Shown here piece by piece: positions 13,092 through 25,359 of a stretch of 64,000 nucleotides of DNA. Both the position numbers and the translations under genes were made by a program. The notes under the pieces are model-generated. The model was not told where the DNA came from. It made no database searches and was given only the letters and a program-made list of their open reading frames with translations. How positions within the stretch are numbered: the stretch's first letter is position 1; every line of letters begins with the position of its first letter. This DNA is from Convolutriloba macropyga (Eukaryota), in NCBI RefSeq assembly GCF_964194025.1, contig NC_134474.1:37262001-37326000 (forward strand), written 5' to 3'.

Positions 13092-13567
13092 CTGAAAAAA
13101 AAACAAAAACAATATTATTTAAGCCTCGTACAGTTATCAGAACTACAACAAAACGTCACCTATGTAATTATTGGCAGCCTGCTGGACCTCAAGCTGTTAC
13201 ATGCTGGACTTCAAACATTATTGCCTAAGGTTATTACATGATCGATTACATGATATTACGATATTCGAAAGCAACCAATGCACTGTATTCTGACACATGG
13301 AAAACAATCCAGCCAAAAATGGGAGGGGGATGCTGGCTTGATATGCATTTTGGCATTGGAAGCCCATGCTGCAAATTAAAGACCACGCGGCGCAAGACGT
13401 CTTTAAAACGCCAGACGTCTGTAGTGCCAACTTTTACTGAGCCAGATAATTCTACTATCAACATCGACAATTTTTTGTTCTAATTTCCACGCTAAGATTG
13501 AAACATAATCTAAGCAAAATCACCGAAATCAAGCAGACAAATGCCAAAGGCACGTGAAAGCAAAATG

Positions 13568-13736
13568 GGATCTTTTCGGTTTGTGCCCCCCCAGTACGTT
13601 ATGCGCCCCCCAGTTACAGAGCACGTGCCATTACATAGTAAATCATCATGTAAAAATATGGCAGGTGCGTCTGGGGGGTGCAAATAATATGCGCCCACTA
13701 AGCTGGGGGGGGGGGGGGCACAAACGGAAAAGATCC
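13568..13736. mobile_element. Short MITE-like foldback with GGATCTTTTC termini
   Basis: GGATCTTTTCGGTTTGTGCCCCCCC ... GGGGGGGCACAAACGGAAAAGATCC. Confidence 0.65.
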
Positions 13737-14394
13737 GTAAATTGAAGTAAACTTTTGGAAACCCAAGTAACTAATATTACCACGGTTGTTATCGCCACGA
13801 GAATTTATCAAACACCGAGGCAAAGCCGAGTTGTTATGATAACTTCGAGGACGATAACAACCATGTGGTAATTTTTTTAATCGAACCCTGTTGCGATCAT
13901 TTCAAAATTGAACACAGTCAAAATGAGTGACTCTTTTTTAAGCAAAAATTCCCGGCGTAATTTTTCATGGGTGTGTAAACTGATGAAACACTTTTGAAAG
14001 TATCTTTGGATAGCATTTTTGATACTTTTCCAGGAGCCACAAATAACTATTTGAAAATGTTCGTTAGTGAAGTCAAAACGAGCAATGGCGAAGAATTTTC
14101 ACCACAAACTCCACTACATTTTCAGAATTTGCAACAGAATTCAATTTTTTAATTAATTCAATTCAATTAATGTATTTGAAGGACCAATCAAAAAGGAAAA
14201 AGTTCCAATTGCTTTCTAATTTTTGTTAAATTTTTGATGAAATCATGGTTGTTTTTTTTAAGGAGGGATGGGTGGGTGGGGTAAACGGGTGGAGTAAAGG
14301 GTGGAAAAAAGTTTGAATTCTCAAAATATGACTGATCCACACACAATGAACTTGAGGGGGTGCAATTCTTGCTCTGAAAAACCTCCAAATAAAT

Positions 14395-15204
14395 TGGAAC
14401 ATGTTCTAGAAGTTGATGTTCTTCATGACGCAAATTACAGAGATTTTCAACTCGCACTTGACAAGCGGATGAAAAAACTTATCAGCTAGGCGTTTTAACG
14501 GGACCCCACGACAAGCTGCTATTGGGATAGTGTTTTTCTGGCAATATAAAACAATAGTTTTTTGCATCTGTAATTGAGCTCGGTAAAACAGGTGCATTTT
14601 CAGACGCTGAAACAATTGGACAACTAAAACACACACAACTGTGGTTCTTTATGATTAATTTGTCCAATTGTTTTCTACTTTTGTAACTGCTCTTTTTGTC
14701 AGAGTTATTTGGACGGATTATGTACAAACAACTGTTGTTTTTTGTGCGTAATTTGGCCAAAAGTTTCTTTCATTTTGTACAAAACCTTCAGAGCTCACCA
14801 CAGAATTTTTCCTAGTTTTGTCAAAAAAAAACTTTGTTCAGGACATCCTATTAGCGTCGTAAGTAACAGCACTCCTTGATGCTGGCCACAGTGAGCGCAA
14901 GGTTAAACAAATCTCGGGCCAAAGGAGTGATAGTGCTCTCAGAGTTTATAAAAGATCCACTTAAGCAAAGAAACGTATTAGTGCTACATTCGCGGGACCG
15001 AGCACTTCTAATTTTAATGATTTCCAAAGCTATAGTTCCATGGAACTTCAAATGTCCCAACTACCAATCGACGATTTTGATACCGACTCCACTTTGGAGT
15101 ATGAAATGACCCACATCCCCGATATTTGCGCACCTCCCCCGTCAAAGGCTTCGAAACAAATTAATGTCTTCAAGAACTGTACTGTTCATATAAATAACCA
15201 ATAA
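14395..15204 (+). pseudogene. Crypton/DUF3504-type tyrosine recombinase pseudogene
   Basis: Fragments VDVLHDANYRDFQLALDKRMKKL (~14410-14480) and VTALLDAGHSERKVKQISGQRSDSALRVYKRST* (14863-14964; YR box II pattern GH-x-S...L..Y with H>Q). In the same frame after the premature TAA the sequence runs to ...NVFKNCTVHINNQ* (15204), resembling the F-x-NCT-x-x-IN tail of DUF3504-type proteins. Frameshifts and stops lie between the fragments. Confidence 0.75.
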
Positions 15205-15225
15205 CCAAAAGCTTGATAGTACTCT

Positions 15226-15621
15226 TGTTTATTTTTCAGACTACAAGTTTATCAAACTGTTTCCATCATTAGACTACGACTTTATCACCACTCTTTTATC
15301 GCCACTGTCTACTTAATAACAATGGCGATAAAAGAGTGTGATAAACTCGTAGTCTAATGCTGAAGAGTTTTTCCATTGTCGATCGGGCATTAAAAATTTA
15401 ATCAACACCTGTTGCGATAATAGCAGTTAAATTAACTGCCAGTGTAATAAATTTTAATGCCCGATCGACACTTGAAAAAAACTTCAGCATTAGACTACGA
15501 GTTTATCAACTCTTTTATCGCCACTGTTACTAATTAAACAGTGGCGATAAAAGAGTGGTGATAAACTCGTAGTCTAGTGATGGAAACAGTTTGATAAACT
15601 TGTAGTCTAAAAAAACAAACA
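15226..15621. repeat. ~400-bp foldback with nested hairpins
   Basis: 15226-15400 is the reverse complement of ~15449-15621. Each arm contains its own hairpin TAGACTACGA..CTCTTTTATCGCCA / TGGCGATAAAAGAG..TCGTAGTCTA. Confidence 0.9.
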
Positions 15622-16581
15622 TGATCGCAACAGGCTTCGCCTCGGAACTTAATAACTTCTCGGTGGCGATAACAACCGTGCGGTAATATTCATTATTACA
15701 CTGGCAGTTTATTTAACTGCCATTATCGCAACAGAAGTTGATTAAAACTCGCATTTAAGACAGCGTACAAAGGCCCCCACCCCCTCCCCAATCCTCCTCG
15801 ATGGGCTACATCCTATTTACCAAAGCCAGAAATTAAAATGTTTATTTTAAAATGGTGACATAACTCTGTGTCATTTCAAAATTGCAGCTTAAATCTCGAA
15901 CCAGCATGACAGTATAGTACATTAATCAAAAACATTGCCATTAACATTGGATCTACGAAATGACCATTTGCCTTAAAATAAATTTTTATTGCAACCACAA
16001 ACGATCGGAATTTGGATTCGAAGAATCAGTATTTAATGAATGAGATCAATCAGGCAGGGATAATTAATGTAGGAAACCAGACGAAGTCAATAGTTACAGA
16101 TTGTCATTATATTTGCACATTAAAAAATTGAAAAATGTTATCGACAGGAAAACCAATCTCGAAATGCACTGGTCCTGTCTAGTTCAGGCTCAAGTTGATT
16201 GATACACAGGATTTGTTATCATTACTGCGTACTTTGAAATAACTAATAAGTTGGCTCTTTCCCAAAATTATAATCACCATTTTGGCATGTTTATATGTTG
16301 TATGACCACACTAAGGTGGAGAGGGGGTTTGAGAAAGACCCCAAAATATGCGATTAACAAAATACGGAAAACGCTAATTAAATTTTTGTCAAGTCAGTTG
16401 AAAACAATGCTGTCAGAAATAATCATGACCGCCGTTTGTCATGATATATAAATCTAGCAATTAAATAGTTGGTTAGAACAAAGGTAGTTAACATTTTCAA
16501 TTATGAATAATTTAAAATAGACAAATTCATACAACTGATGTACTCATAAAAAGAATACCGGCAGGCAATAATGGTGAAATT

Positions 16582-18890
16582 AAAACTCAATTGAACATTG
16601 TAACAAAATTGGGTACAAATGACTGGTTAGATAAATCACCCAGTGTGTCAACTCTCAGTAGAGCAAGAGTCTATTGTCATCTTCCGATAACTAGTGAGAT
16701 CAGACAAATATTTGAAATTCAAACAGGATCTCAAAAGTAATCAATAGTTCTCAAACAATTTAAAGGCGTCAGTTCTAATTTTGTTCACTCATTTATCAGA
16801 CAAGAGGTGTCAGAATACATCAGAGAACTTGATTTTAAATAAAACCTAATAAATCAGGATCAAAACAGCAGGTACAGCCGATCAACAATCAGATAGACAA
16901 CTAAGCTATAAGAAGGAAGCAAATAAATCCAGTGCCAAAAACTGAGTAACTCGGAGCAAGAACAATTTAAAGTTAATATTGAGGCGGAGTCTGCTATCTG
17001 CGTTACCTCTTACTTAACATAAACGAGAAATAAGTAATATGTAACTCCACAATAAATTAAAAACATCAAGTTTATATTGTTATTTCTCAGAGTTAAGTAT
17101 TGAAATTTGGATGTAAAACCAGAATCGTTTACAAAGATATTTGGGTCCACAGTCAGAGAGGGATAACTAACAAAGGACTCAGGACAAATCAACAAAAAAA
17201 ACAGTCATTATTAGAATTACAACAAAATCGATTTAGAGCCTACCTTGAGAATTTCACTGTCATTGAAAATTAAAAACGCAATTGAAAAAATGTCCTGAAA
17301 CATCAACTGAAACTAGGATTTAAACAATAACACCTCGTTCGAAAATGGTGACCAGCAAAACTCAATTCAACATTGTAACAAAATTGGGTACAAATGACTG
17401 GTTAGATAAATCACCCAGTTTGTCAACTCTCAGTAGAGCAAGAGTCTATTGTTATCGTCCGATAACTAGTGAGATCAGACAAATATTTGAAGTTCAAACA
17501 GGATCTCAAAAGTAATCAAAAGTTCTCAAAGTTTTAAGGCGTCAGTTCTAATTTTGTTCACTCATTTATCAGACAACAGGTGTCAGAATACATTACAGAA
17601 CTTGATTTTTAATAAAATCTAATAAATCAGGATCAAAACAGCAGGTACAGCCGATCAACAATCAGATAGACAGCTAAGCTATAAGAAGGAATCAATTACA
17701 TCCAGTGCCAAAAACTGAGTTACTCGGAGCAAGAACAATTTAAAGTTAATATTGAGGCGGAGTCTGCTATCTGCGTTACCTCTTACTTAACATAAACGAG
17801 AAATAAGTAATATGTAACTCCACAATAAATTAAAAACATCAAGTTTATATTGTTATTTCTCAGAGTTAAGTATTGAAATTTGGATGTAAAACCAGAATCG
17901 TTTACAAAGACATTTGGGTCCACACTCAGAGAGGGATAACTAACAAAGGACTCAGGACAAATCAACAAAAAAAACAGTCATTGTTAGAATTACAACAAAA
18001 TCGATTTAGAGCCTACCTTGAGAATTTCACTGTCATTGAAAATTAAAAACTCAATTGAAAAAATGTCCTGAAACATCAACTGAAACTAGGATTCAAACAA
18101 TAACACTTCGTTCGAAAAAGGTGACCAGCAAAACTCAATTCAACATTGTAACAAAATTGGGTACAAATGACTGCTTAGATAAATCACCCCGTTTGTCAAC
18201 TCTCAGTAGAGCAAGAGTCTAATGTTATCTTCCGATAACTAGTGAGATCAGACAAATATTTGAAGTTCAAACAGGATCTCAAAAGTAATCAAAAGTTCTC
18301 AAAGTTTTAAGGCGTCAGTTCTAATTTTGTTCACTCATTTATCAGACAACAGGTGTCAGAATACATTACAGAACTTGATTTTAAATAAAATCTAATAAAT
18401 CAGGATCAAACCAGCAGGTACAGCCGATCAACAATCAGATAGACAACTAAGCTATAAGAAGGAATCAATTACATCCAGTGCCAAAAACTGAATTACTCGG
18501 AGCAAGAACAATTTAAAGTTAATATTGAGGCCGAGTCTGCTATCTGCGTTACCTCTTACTTAACATAAACGAGAAATAAGTAATATGTAACTCCACAAAA
18601 AAAAATTAAAAACATCAAGTTTATATTGTTATTTCTCAGAGTTAAGTATTGAAATTTGGATGTAAAACCAACATTGTTTACAAAGATATTTGGGTCCACA
18701 GTCAGAGAGGGATAACTAACAAAGGACTCAGGACAAATCAACAAAATAACAGTGTCATCATTAGAATTACAACACAATCGATTTACAGCCCAGCTTGAGA
18801 ATCTCACAAAGTTAAAACAACTCAATTGCAAAAATGCCCTGAAACATCAACTGAAACTAGGATTCAAACCATAACACTTCGTTCGAAAAA
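16582..18890 (-). repeat. Tandem array, 773-bp unit x3; each unit has a Gm2791-type and a mutated snR38-type C/D snoRNA
   Basis: Identical landmarks at 17010/17783/18556. The units contain TCAGACAA(G/C)AGGTGTCAGAA and TCAGAGAGGGATAACT. Confidence 0.9.
16769..16823 (-). ncRNA. Box C/D snoRNA, Gm2791-type
   Basis: Minus strand: CTGATGT A TTCTGACACCTCTTG T CTGA ... ATGA ... CTGA. The 15-nt guide is complementary to LSU CAAGAGGUGUCAGAA. Confidence 0.7.
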
Positions 18891-21800
18891 AATACAACTA
18901 CAACTAAAATCGAGAAATTTAAGTCACACGAATCACAACAATAGAAAACAAATTGATCATAGGAAGGTTTAGATAGCGTCACCAAATCCGAAAGTTGTAA
19001 GAAATACCACCAAAAATTTTCCTGTCAAACAAGTAATATGACGAAAAACATTTCGCCTAACGAAGTGAAGCTAGAAGCCCAACCACAACCTAACCATTAA
19101 TTATATAATAGACCATGAACAACAATTTTCATACGGCAATTCAGTTTACATTTGAAAGCATCATCAAAAATCGGAAGAGGTGTCAGATATCATCCCGGCA
19201 ATATTTTGGCAAAATTGGTAAAAGAAAGGAGCAACGAACAATGAGAACAAAAACTCAAATTCAGATAAACTTAAAACGTCATTGTCAGTCAGAAGACCGT
19301 GGTGTCATAAAATTGCACAAACTTCATGCACAACATAAACGCACCATAGAAGCGAACAATTAAAAATTTTCCATTAAAACTGCTAAACCAATTGACATAC
19401 AAAAACTCTGAAGGATAGACTTCAAATGCCACCCATATATTCTACATTTTGAAGAATAAAAAATCTCCCAATTTTCATCAAAAGTTAAAACTTAAACATA
19501 TGAGCCCAATTTGCAATAAGCAGAGTCTGCTATCTGCGTTACCTCTCACTTAACATATACAAGAAATAATTAATATGTAACTCCACAAACATTAACTAAA
19601 ATTATCGCGTTTACAATCTAATTTATCAGAGTTAAATATTGAAATTTGGATGTAAAAGCAACGTCGTTTACAAAGAAATTTGGGTCCAGAATCAGAAAGG
19701 GATAACTAACAAAGGAATCAGGACAAATGAACAAAAAAACAGTGTCATTATTAGAACGACAACAAAACCGATTTACAGAATAGCTTGAGAATTTCACTAA
19801 GTCAAGAGAACATTCTAGAGAAAAATTTCAGAATTTCACTTGAAAATTGAAAACTCAATTAAAAAAATGTCCTGAAACATCAACTGAAACTCGGATTCAA
19901 ACCATAACACTTCGTTCGAGAAATATACAACTACAACTAAGTTTGAGAACTTTTAAGTCATACGACGCACATCAATGGAAAGAATGGACCATTATCGTCA
20001 ACAAAACCGGAGAGTTGTCAAAAAAACCAGAAAAGTTTTCCGTCTAAATTGTTTTAAGATGAATTAACAGTTCGCCTAACAAAGTGAAGCTAGGAGCACA
20101 ACTAAAACGTAACACTTGATTAAATAATCTGAAAAGGTGTCAGATAACATCACGGCAATATTTTGGCAAATTTTGATAAAAAAGAAAAACGAACAATGAG
20201 AACAAAAACTCAAATTCAGATGAATTTCAAGCGTCATTGTCAGTCAGAAGACCATCGAGAGTCATCGCATACAAGTACAAATTAAGCGCACACAAGAAAA
20301 GAGCAAGACTGCAATATTACAAAGATAAATCAGAAGGCAATAAAAAACATGAACTGCTAAGTTAGCCTTTTCATGGCAGCCGAGCATTATGACTCATAAG
20401 AATGTTCAAAATAATCGCAGATACTAGAATTCACCAGAGACAAATTCGTTTACAAACAAATTTGGTTCACACATCCGACAGGGATAACTAACGAAGGGAT
20501 TAGGTCAAATCAACAAAATAATACTGTCATCATTAGAATTACAATACAATCGATTTACAGCCGAGCTTGAGGAATTCACAGAGTCATTGAAAAATAAAAA
20601 CTCAATTGAAAAAAAGGCTTGAAACATCAACTGAAACTAGGATTCAAACCATAACACTTCGTTCGAGAAATATACAACCCAAACTAAGCTCGAGAAATTT
20701 AACTCATACGAATCACAACAATAGAAAACAAATTGATCGTTAGGAGGTTTAGATAGCGTCACTAAACCCGAAAAGTTTAGAAATACCACCAGTACAATTT
20801 CCTGTCGAACAAGTATGACGAAAAAGAATTCGTCCACCAAAAAGAAGCTAGAAGAACAATAACAATCTAACAATTGATTATATAGACCATGAACAACAAT
20901 TTTCATACGGCAATTCAGTTTACATTTGGCAACATCATAGAAAATCTGAAAAGGTGTCAGATATCACGGCAATATTTTGGCAAATTTAGTAAAAAAGGAG
21001 CAACGAACAATACGAAAAAAACTCAAATTCAGAAAATTTCAAGGCGTCACTGTCAGTCAGAAGACCGTCAAGAGTCATCACAAACAAGTACAATTTGAAC
21101 GCCACAAGAAAAGGGCAACACTTTAACATTACAAAGATAAATCTTATGGCAAAAGAAAACATTATCTGCTTTAACTCAGCCTAAGTTAGCCAAACTGTTT
21201 TTCATGGCAGCCGAGCATTCGAACTTAGAAGAATGTTCAAAACAATCGCAGATACTAGAATTGATTCTCAGTTACACTGCATTCACCAGAAACAAAGTTG
21301 TTTACAGACAAATTTGGGTTCACACATCAGACAGGGATAACTAACGAAGGGATCAGGTCAAATGAACAAAAAAACAGTGTCATCATTAGAATTACAACAC
21401 AATCGATTTACAGCCCAGCTTGAGAAAATCAAAGACATTCAAAATTAAAACCTTCAATTGAAAAAATGTCTTGAAACATCAACAGAAACTAGGATTCAAA
21501 CCATAACACTTCGTACGAGAAAAATACAATCACAACTAAGTTCGAGAAATTTAACTGACACGAATCACAGCAAAAGAAAACAAATTGATCATTAGAAGGT
21601 TTAGATAGCGTCACCAAAACCGAAAAGTTGTGAGAAATACCACCAGAACATATTCCTGTCGAACAAGTATTATGACGAAAAACAGCTCGTCTAACGAAGT
21701 GAAGTTAGAAGCACATCCACAACCTACCAATTGATTATATAATAGACCATGAACAACAATTTTCGTACGGCAATTTTCCATTTACATTTGAAAACATCAT

Positions 21801-24740
21801 CAAAAATCTGAAGAGGTGTCAGATATCACGGCAATATTTTGGCAAAGTTAGAAAAAAGGAGCAACGAACAATGCGAACAAAACTCAAATTCAGAAAATTT
21901 TAAAGCGTCACTGTCAGTCAGAAGACCGTCGAGAGTCATCACAAACAAGTACAAGTTGAACGCCACAAGAAACGAGCAACACTTTAACATTACAAAGATA
22001 AATCTTATGGCAAAATAAAACATTATCTGCTTTAACTCAACCTAAGTTAGCCAAACTGTTTTTCATGGCAGCCGAGCATTATAACTTAGAAGAATGTTCA
22101 AAATAATCGCAGATACTAGAAATGATTTTCAGTTACACTGCATTCACCAGAACAAAATCGTTTACAAACAAATTTGGGTTCACATATCAGACAGGGATAA
22201 CTAACGAAGGGATCAGGTCAAATCAACAAACAGTGTCATCACTAGAATTACAAAACAATTGGTTTACATTCCAGTTTGAGAATTTCACAAAGACACTCAA
22301 AATTAAAACCTCAAGAAAAAATGTCCCGAAACAACTGAAACTAGGATTCAAACCATAACTTTTCGATCGAGAAATATACAGCTACAACTAATTTCGAGAA
22401 ATTTAAGTCATAAGAATCACAACAATAGAAAATAAATTGATCATTAGAAGGTTTGATAGCTTTAAAAAATTCGAAAGTTGTAAGAAAAACCACCAGAACA
22501 TTTTACTGTCAAACAACTATTATGACGAAAAACATTTCGCCTAACGAAGTGCACCTAGAAGCACAACCACAACCTAGCCATTAATTATATAATAGACCAT
22601 GAACAACAATTTTTGTACGGCAATTTTCAGTTTACATTTGAAAACATCAAATATCTGAAGAGGTGTCAGATATCACGGCAATATTTTGGCGAAGTTAGAA
22701 AAAAGGAGCAACGAACAATGCGAACAAAACTCAAATTCAGAAAATTTTAAAGCGTCATTGTCAGTCAGAAGACCGTCGAGAGTCATCACAAACAATTAAA
22801 AGTTGAACGCCACAAGAAAAGAGCAACACTAACATTACAAAGATAAATCTTATGGCAAAAGAAAACATTATCTACTTTAACTCAGCCTAAGTTAGCCAAA
22901 CTGCTTTTCATGGCAGCCGAGCATTCGAACTTAGACGAATGTTCAAAACAATCGCAGATACTAGAATTGATTCAGAGTTACACTGCATTCACCAGAAACA
23001 AAGTCGTTTACAGACAAATTTGGGTTCACACATCAGACAGGGATAACTAACGAAGGGATCAGGTCAAATCAACAAACAGTGTCATCACTAGAATTACAAA
23101 ACAACCGATTTACATTCCAGTTTGAGAATTTTACAAAGACACTCAAATTTAAAACCTCAAGAAAAAATGTCTCGAACCAAGGATTCAAACCATAACTTTT
23201 CGATCGAGAAAAATACAACTACAACTAATTATGAGAAATTCAAGTCATAAGAATTACAACAATAGAAAATAAAATGATCATTAGAAGGTTTGATAGCTTC
23301 ACCAAATCCGAAAGTTGTAGGAAATACCACCAGAACAATTTACTGTCAAAAAAGTATTATGACAAAAAACATTTCGCCCAAAGGAGTGAAGCTAGAAGCA
23401 CAACCACAACATAACCATTAATTATATAATAGACCATGACCAACAATTTTCGTACGGCAATTCATTTTACATTTGAAAACATCACCAAAAATCTGAAGAG
23501 GTGTCAGATATCATCACGGCAAAGTTTTGACAAATTTGGAAAAGAAGCAACGAACAATGAGAACAAAAACTCAAACTCAGATAAATTTAAAGCGTCATTG
23601 TCAGTCAGAAGACCGTCGAGAGTCATCACAAACAAGTTCAAATTGAACGCACAAAAGAAAAGAGAAAGACTAACACTAAAAAGATAAATCATATGGCAGC
23701 ATAAAAGATGAACTGCTTTAACTCAGCCTAAGTTAGCCAAACTGTTTTTCAATGCAGCCGAGCATTATAAGTTAGAAGAATGTTCAAAATAATCGCAGAT
23801 ACTAGAATTGATTTTCAGTTCCACTGCATTCACAAGAAACAAATTCGTTTACAAACAAATTTGGGTTCACACATCAGACAGGGATAACTAACGAAGGGAT
23901 CAGGTCAAATCAGCAAAATAACGGTGTCATCATTAGAATTACAACACAATCGATTTACAGCCCAGCTTTAGAATTTCACAAAGTCATTGAAAATTAAAGA
24001 CTCAATTGAAAAGAAGTCCCGAAACATCAACTGAAACTAGGATTCAAACAATAACACATCGTTCGAAAAATATACAACTACAACTAAGTTCGAGAAATTT
24101 AAGTCATACGAATCACAACAATAGAAAACAAATTGAACATTAGAAGGTTTAGATAGCGTCAACAAATCCGAAAGTTGTAGGAAATACCACCAGAAAAATT
24201 TCCTAACGAACAAGTATTATGACGAAAAACAGCTCGTCTAACGAAGTGAAGCTAGAAGTACAACCACAACCTAACCATTGATTATATAATAGACCATAGA
24301 CAACAGCTTTCATACGGCAATTCAGTTTACATTTGAAAACATCATTGAAAATCTGAAGAGCTGTCAGATATTATCACGGCAAAGTTTTGACAAATTTGGA
24401 AAAGAAGGAGCAACAAACAATGAGAACAAAAACTTAAATTCAGATAAATTTAAAGCGTCATTGTCATTCAGAAGACCGTCGAGAATCATCACACACAAGT
24501 ACAAATTAAGTGCACACAAGAAAAGAGGGCAAGACTGTAAGATTACAAAGATAAATCTGAAGGCAATAAAAAACATGAACTGCTTTAACTCAGCCTAAGT
24601 TAGCCAAACTGTTTTTCACGGCAGCCGAGCATTATAACTCAGAAGAATGTTCAAAATAATTGCAGATACTAGAATTGATTTTCAGTTACACTCCATTCAG
24701 CAGAAACAAATTCGTTTACAAATAAATTTAGGTTCACACA

Positions 24741-24800
24741 TCAGACAGGGATAACTAACAAAGGGATCAGGTCAAATCAACAAAATAACAGTGTCATCAT
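24741..24800 (-). ncRNA. Box C/D snoRNA, snR38/SNORD1-like (LSU Gm2815 yeast numbering); representative copy of the 860-bp array
   Basis: Minus strand: box C ATGATGA ... internal CTGA (D') ... AGTTATCCCTGT-CTGA (box D). The 12-nt guide is complementary to LSU ACAGGGAUAACU, and D+5 pairs with the second G. Confidence 0.88.
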
Positions 24801-25189
24801 TAGAATTACAACACAATCGATTTACAGCTCAGCATGAGAATCTCACAAAGTCATTGAAAGTTAAAAAACTTAATTGCAAAAATGCCCGGAAACATCAACT
24901 GAAACTAGGATTCAAACCCTAAAACTTCGTTCGAGAAATATACAACCATAACTAAGTTAGAGAAATTTAACTCATACGAATCACAACAAAAGAAAACAAA
25001 TTAATCATTAGAAGGTTTAGATAGCGTCACCAAAGCCGAAAAATTAGGAGAAATACCCCCAGAACATATTCCTGTCGAACAAAATTATGACGAAAAACAG
25101 CTCGTCTAACGAAGTGAAGTTAGAAGCACAACAACAACCTACCAATTGATTATATAATAGACCATGAACAACAATTCTAATACGGCAAT

Positions 25190-25245
25190 TCAGTTTAGAT
25201 TTGAAAACATCATTGAAAATCTGAAGAGGTGTCAGATAACATCAC
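25190..25245 (-). ncRNA. Box C/D snoRNA, SNORD60/snR48-like (LSU Gm2793); representative copy
   Basis: Minus strand: GTGATGT (C variant) TA TCTGACACCTCT T CAGA (D') ... ATGATGT (C') ... CTGA (D). The guide is complementary to LSU AGAGGUGUCAGA. Confidence 0.8.
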
Positions 25246-25306
25246 GGCAAAGTTCTGTTAAATGAGGGAGCAACGAACACTGAGAACAAAAACAACACTG
25301 AGATTT

Positions 25307-25359
25307 TCAGATAATTTTAAAGCGTCATTGTCAGTCAGAAGACCGTCGAGAATCATCAC
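25307..25359 (-). ncRNA. Box C/D snoRNA, snR73/SNORD35-like (LSU Cm2959); representative copy
   Basis: Minus strand: GTGATGA (C) TTCTCGACGGTCT T CTGA (D') ... CAATGA (C'-like) ... CTGA (D). The guide matches LSU AGACCGUCGUGA at 11 of 12 positions. Confidence 0.8.

Larger units (their letters stand above)
13773..15745 (+). mobile_element. Decayed Crypton-like (tyrosine recombinase) DNA transposon with inverted ends and an internal palindrome
   Basis: AATATTACCACGGTTGTTATCGCCACGAGAA (13773) is inverted at 15656-15690. The interval encloses a YR pseudogene and a ~400-bp foldback. Confidence 0.7.
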
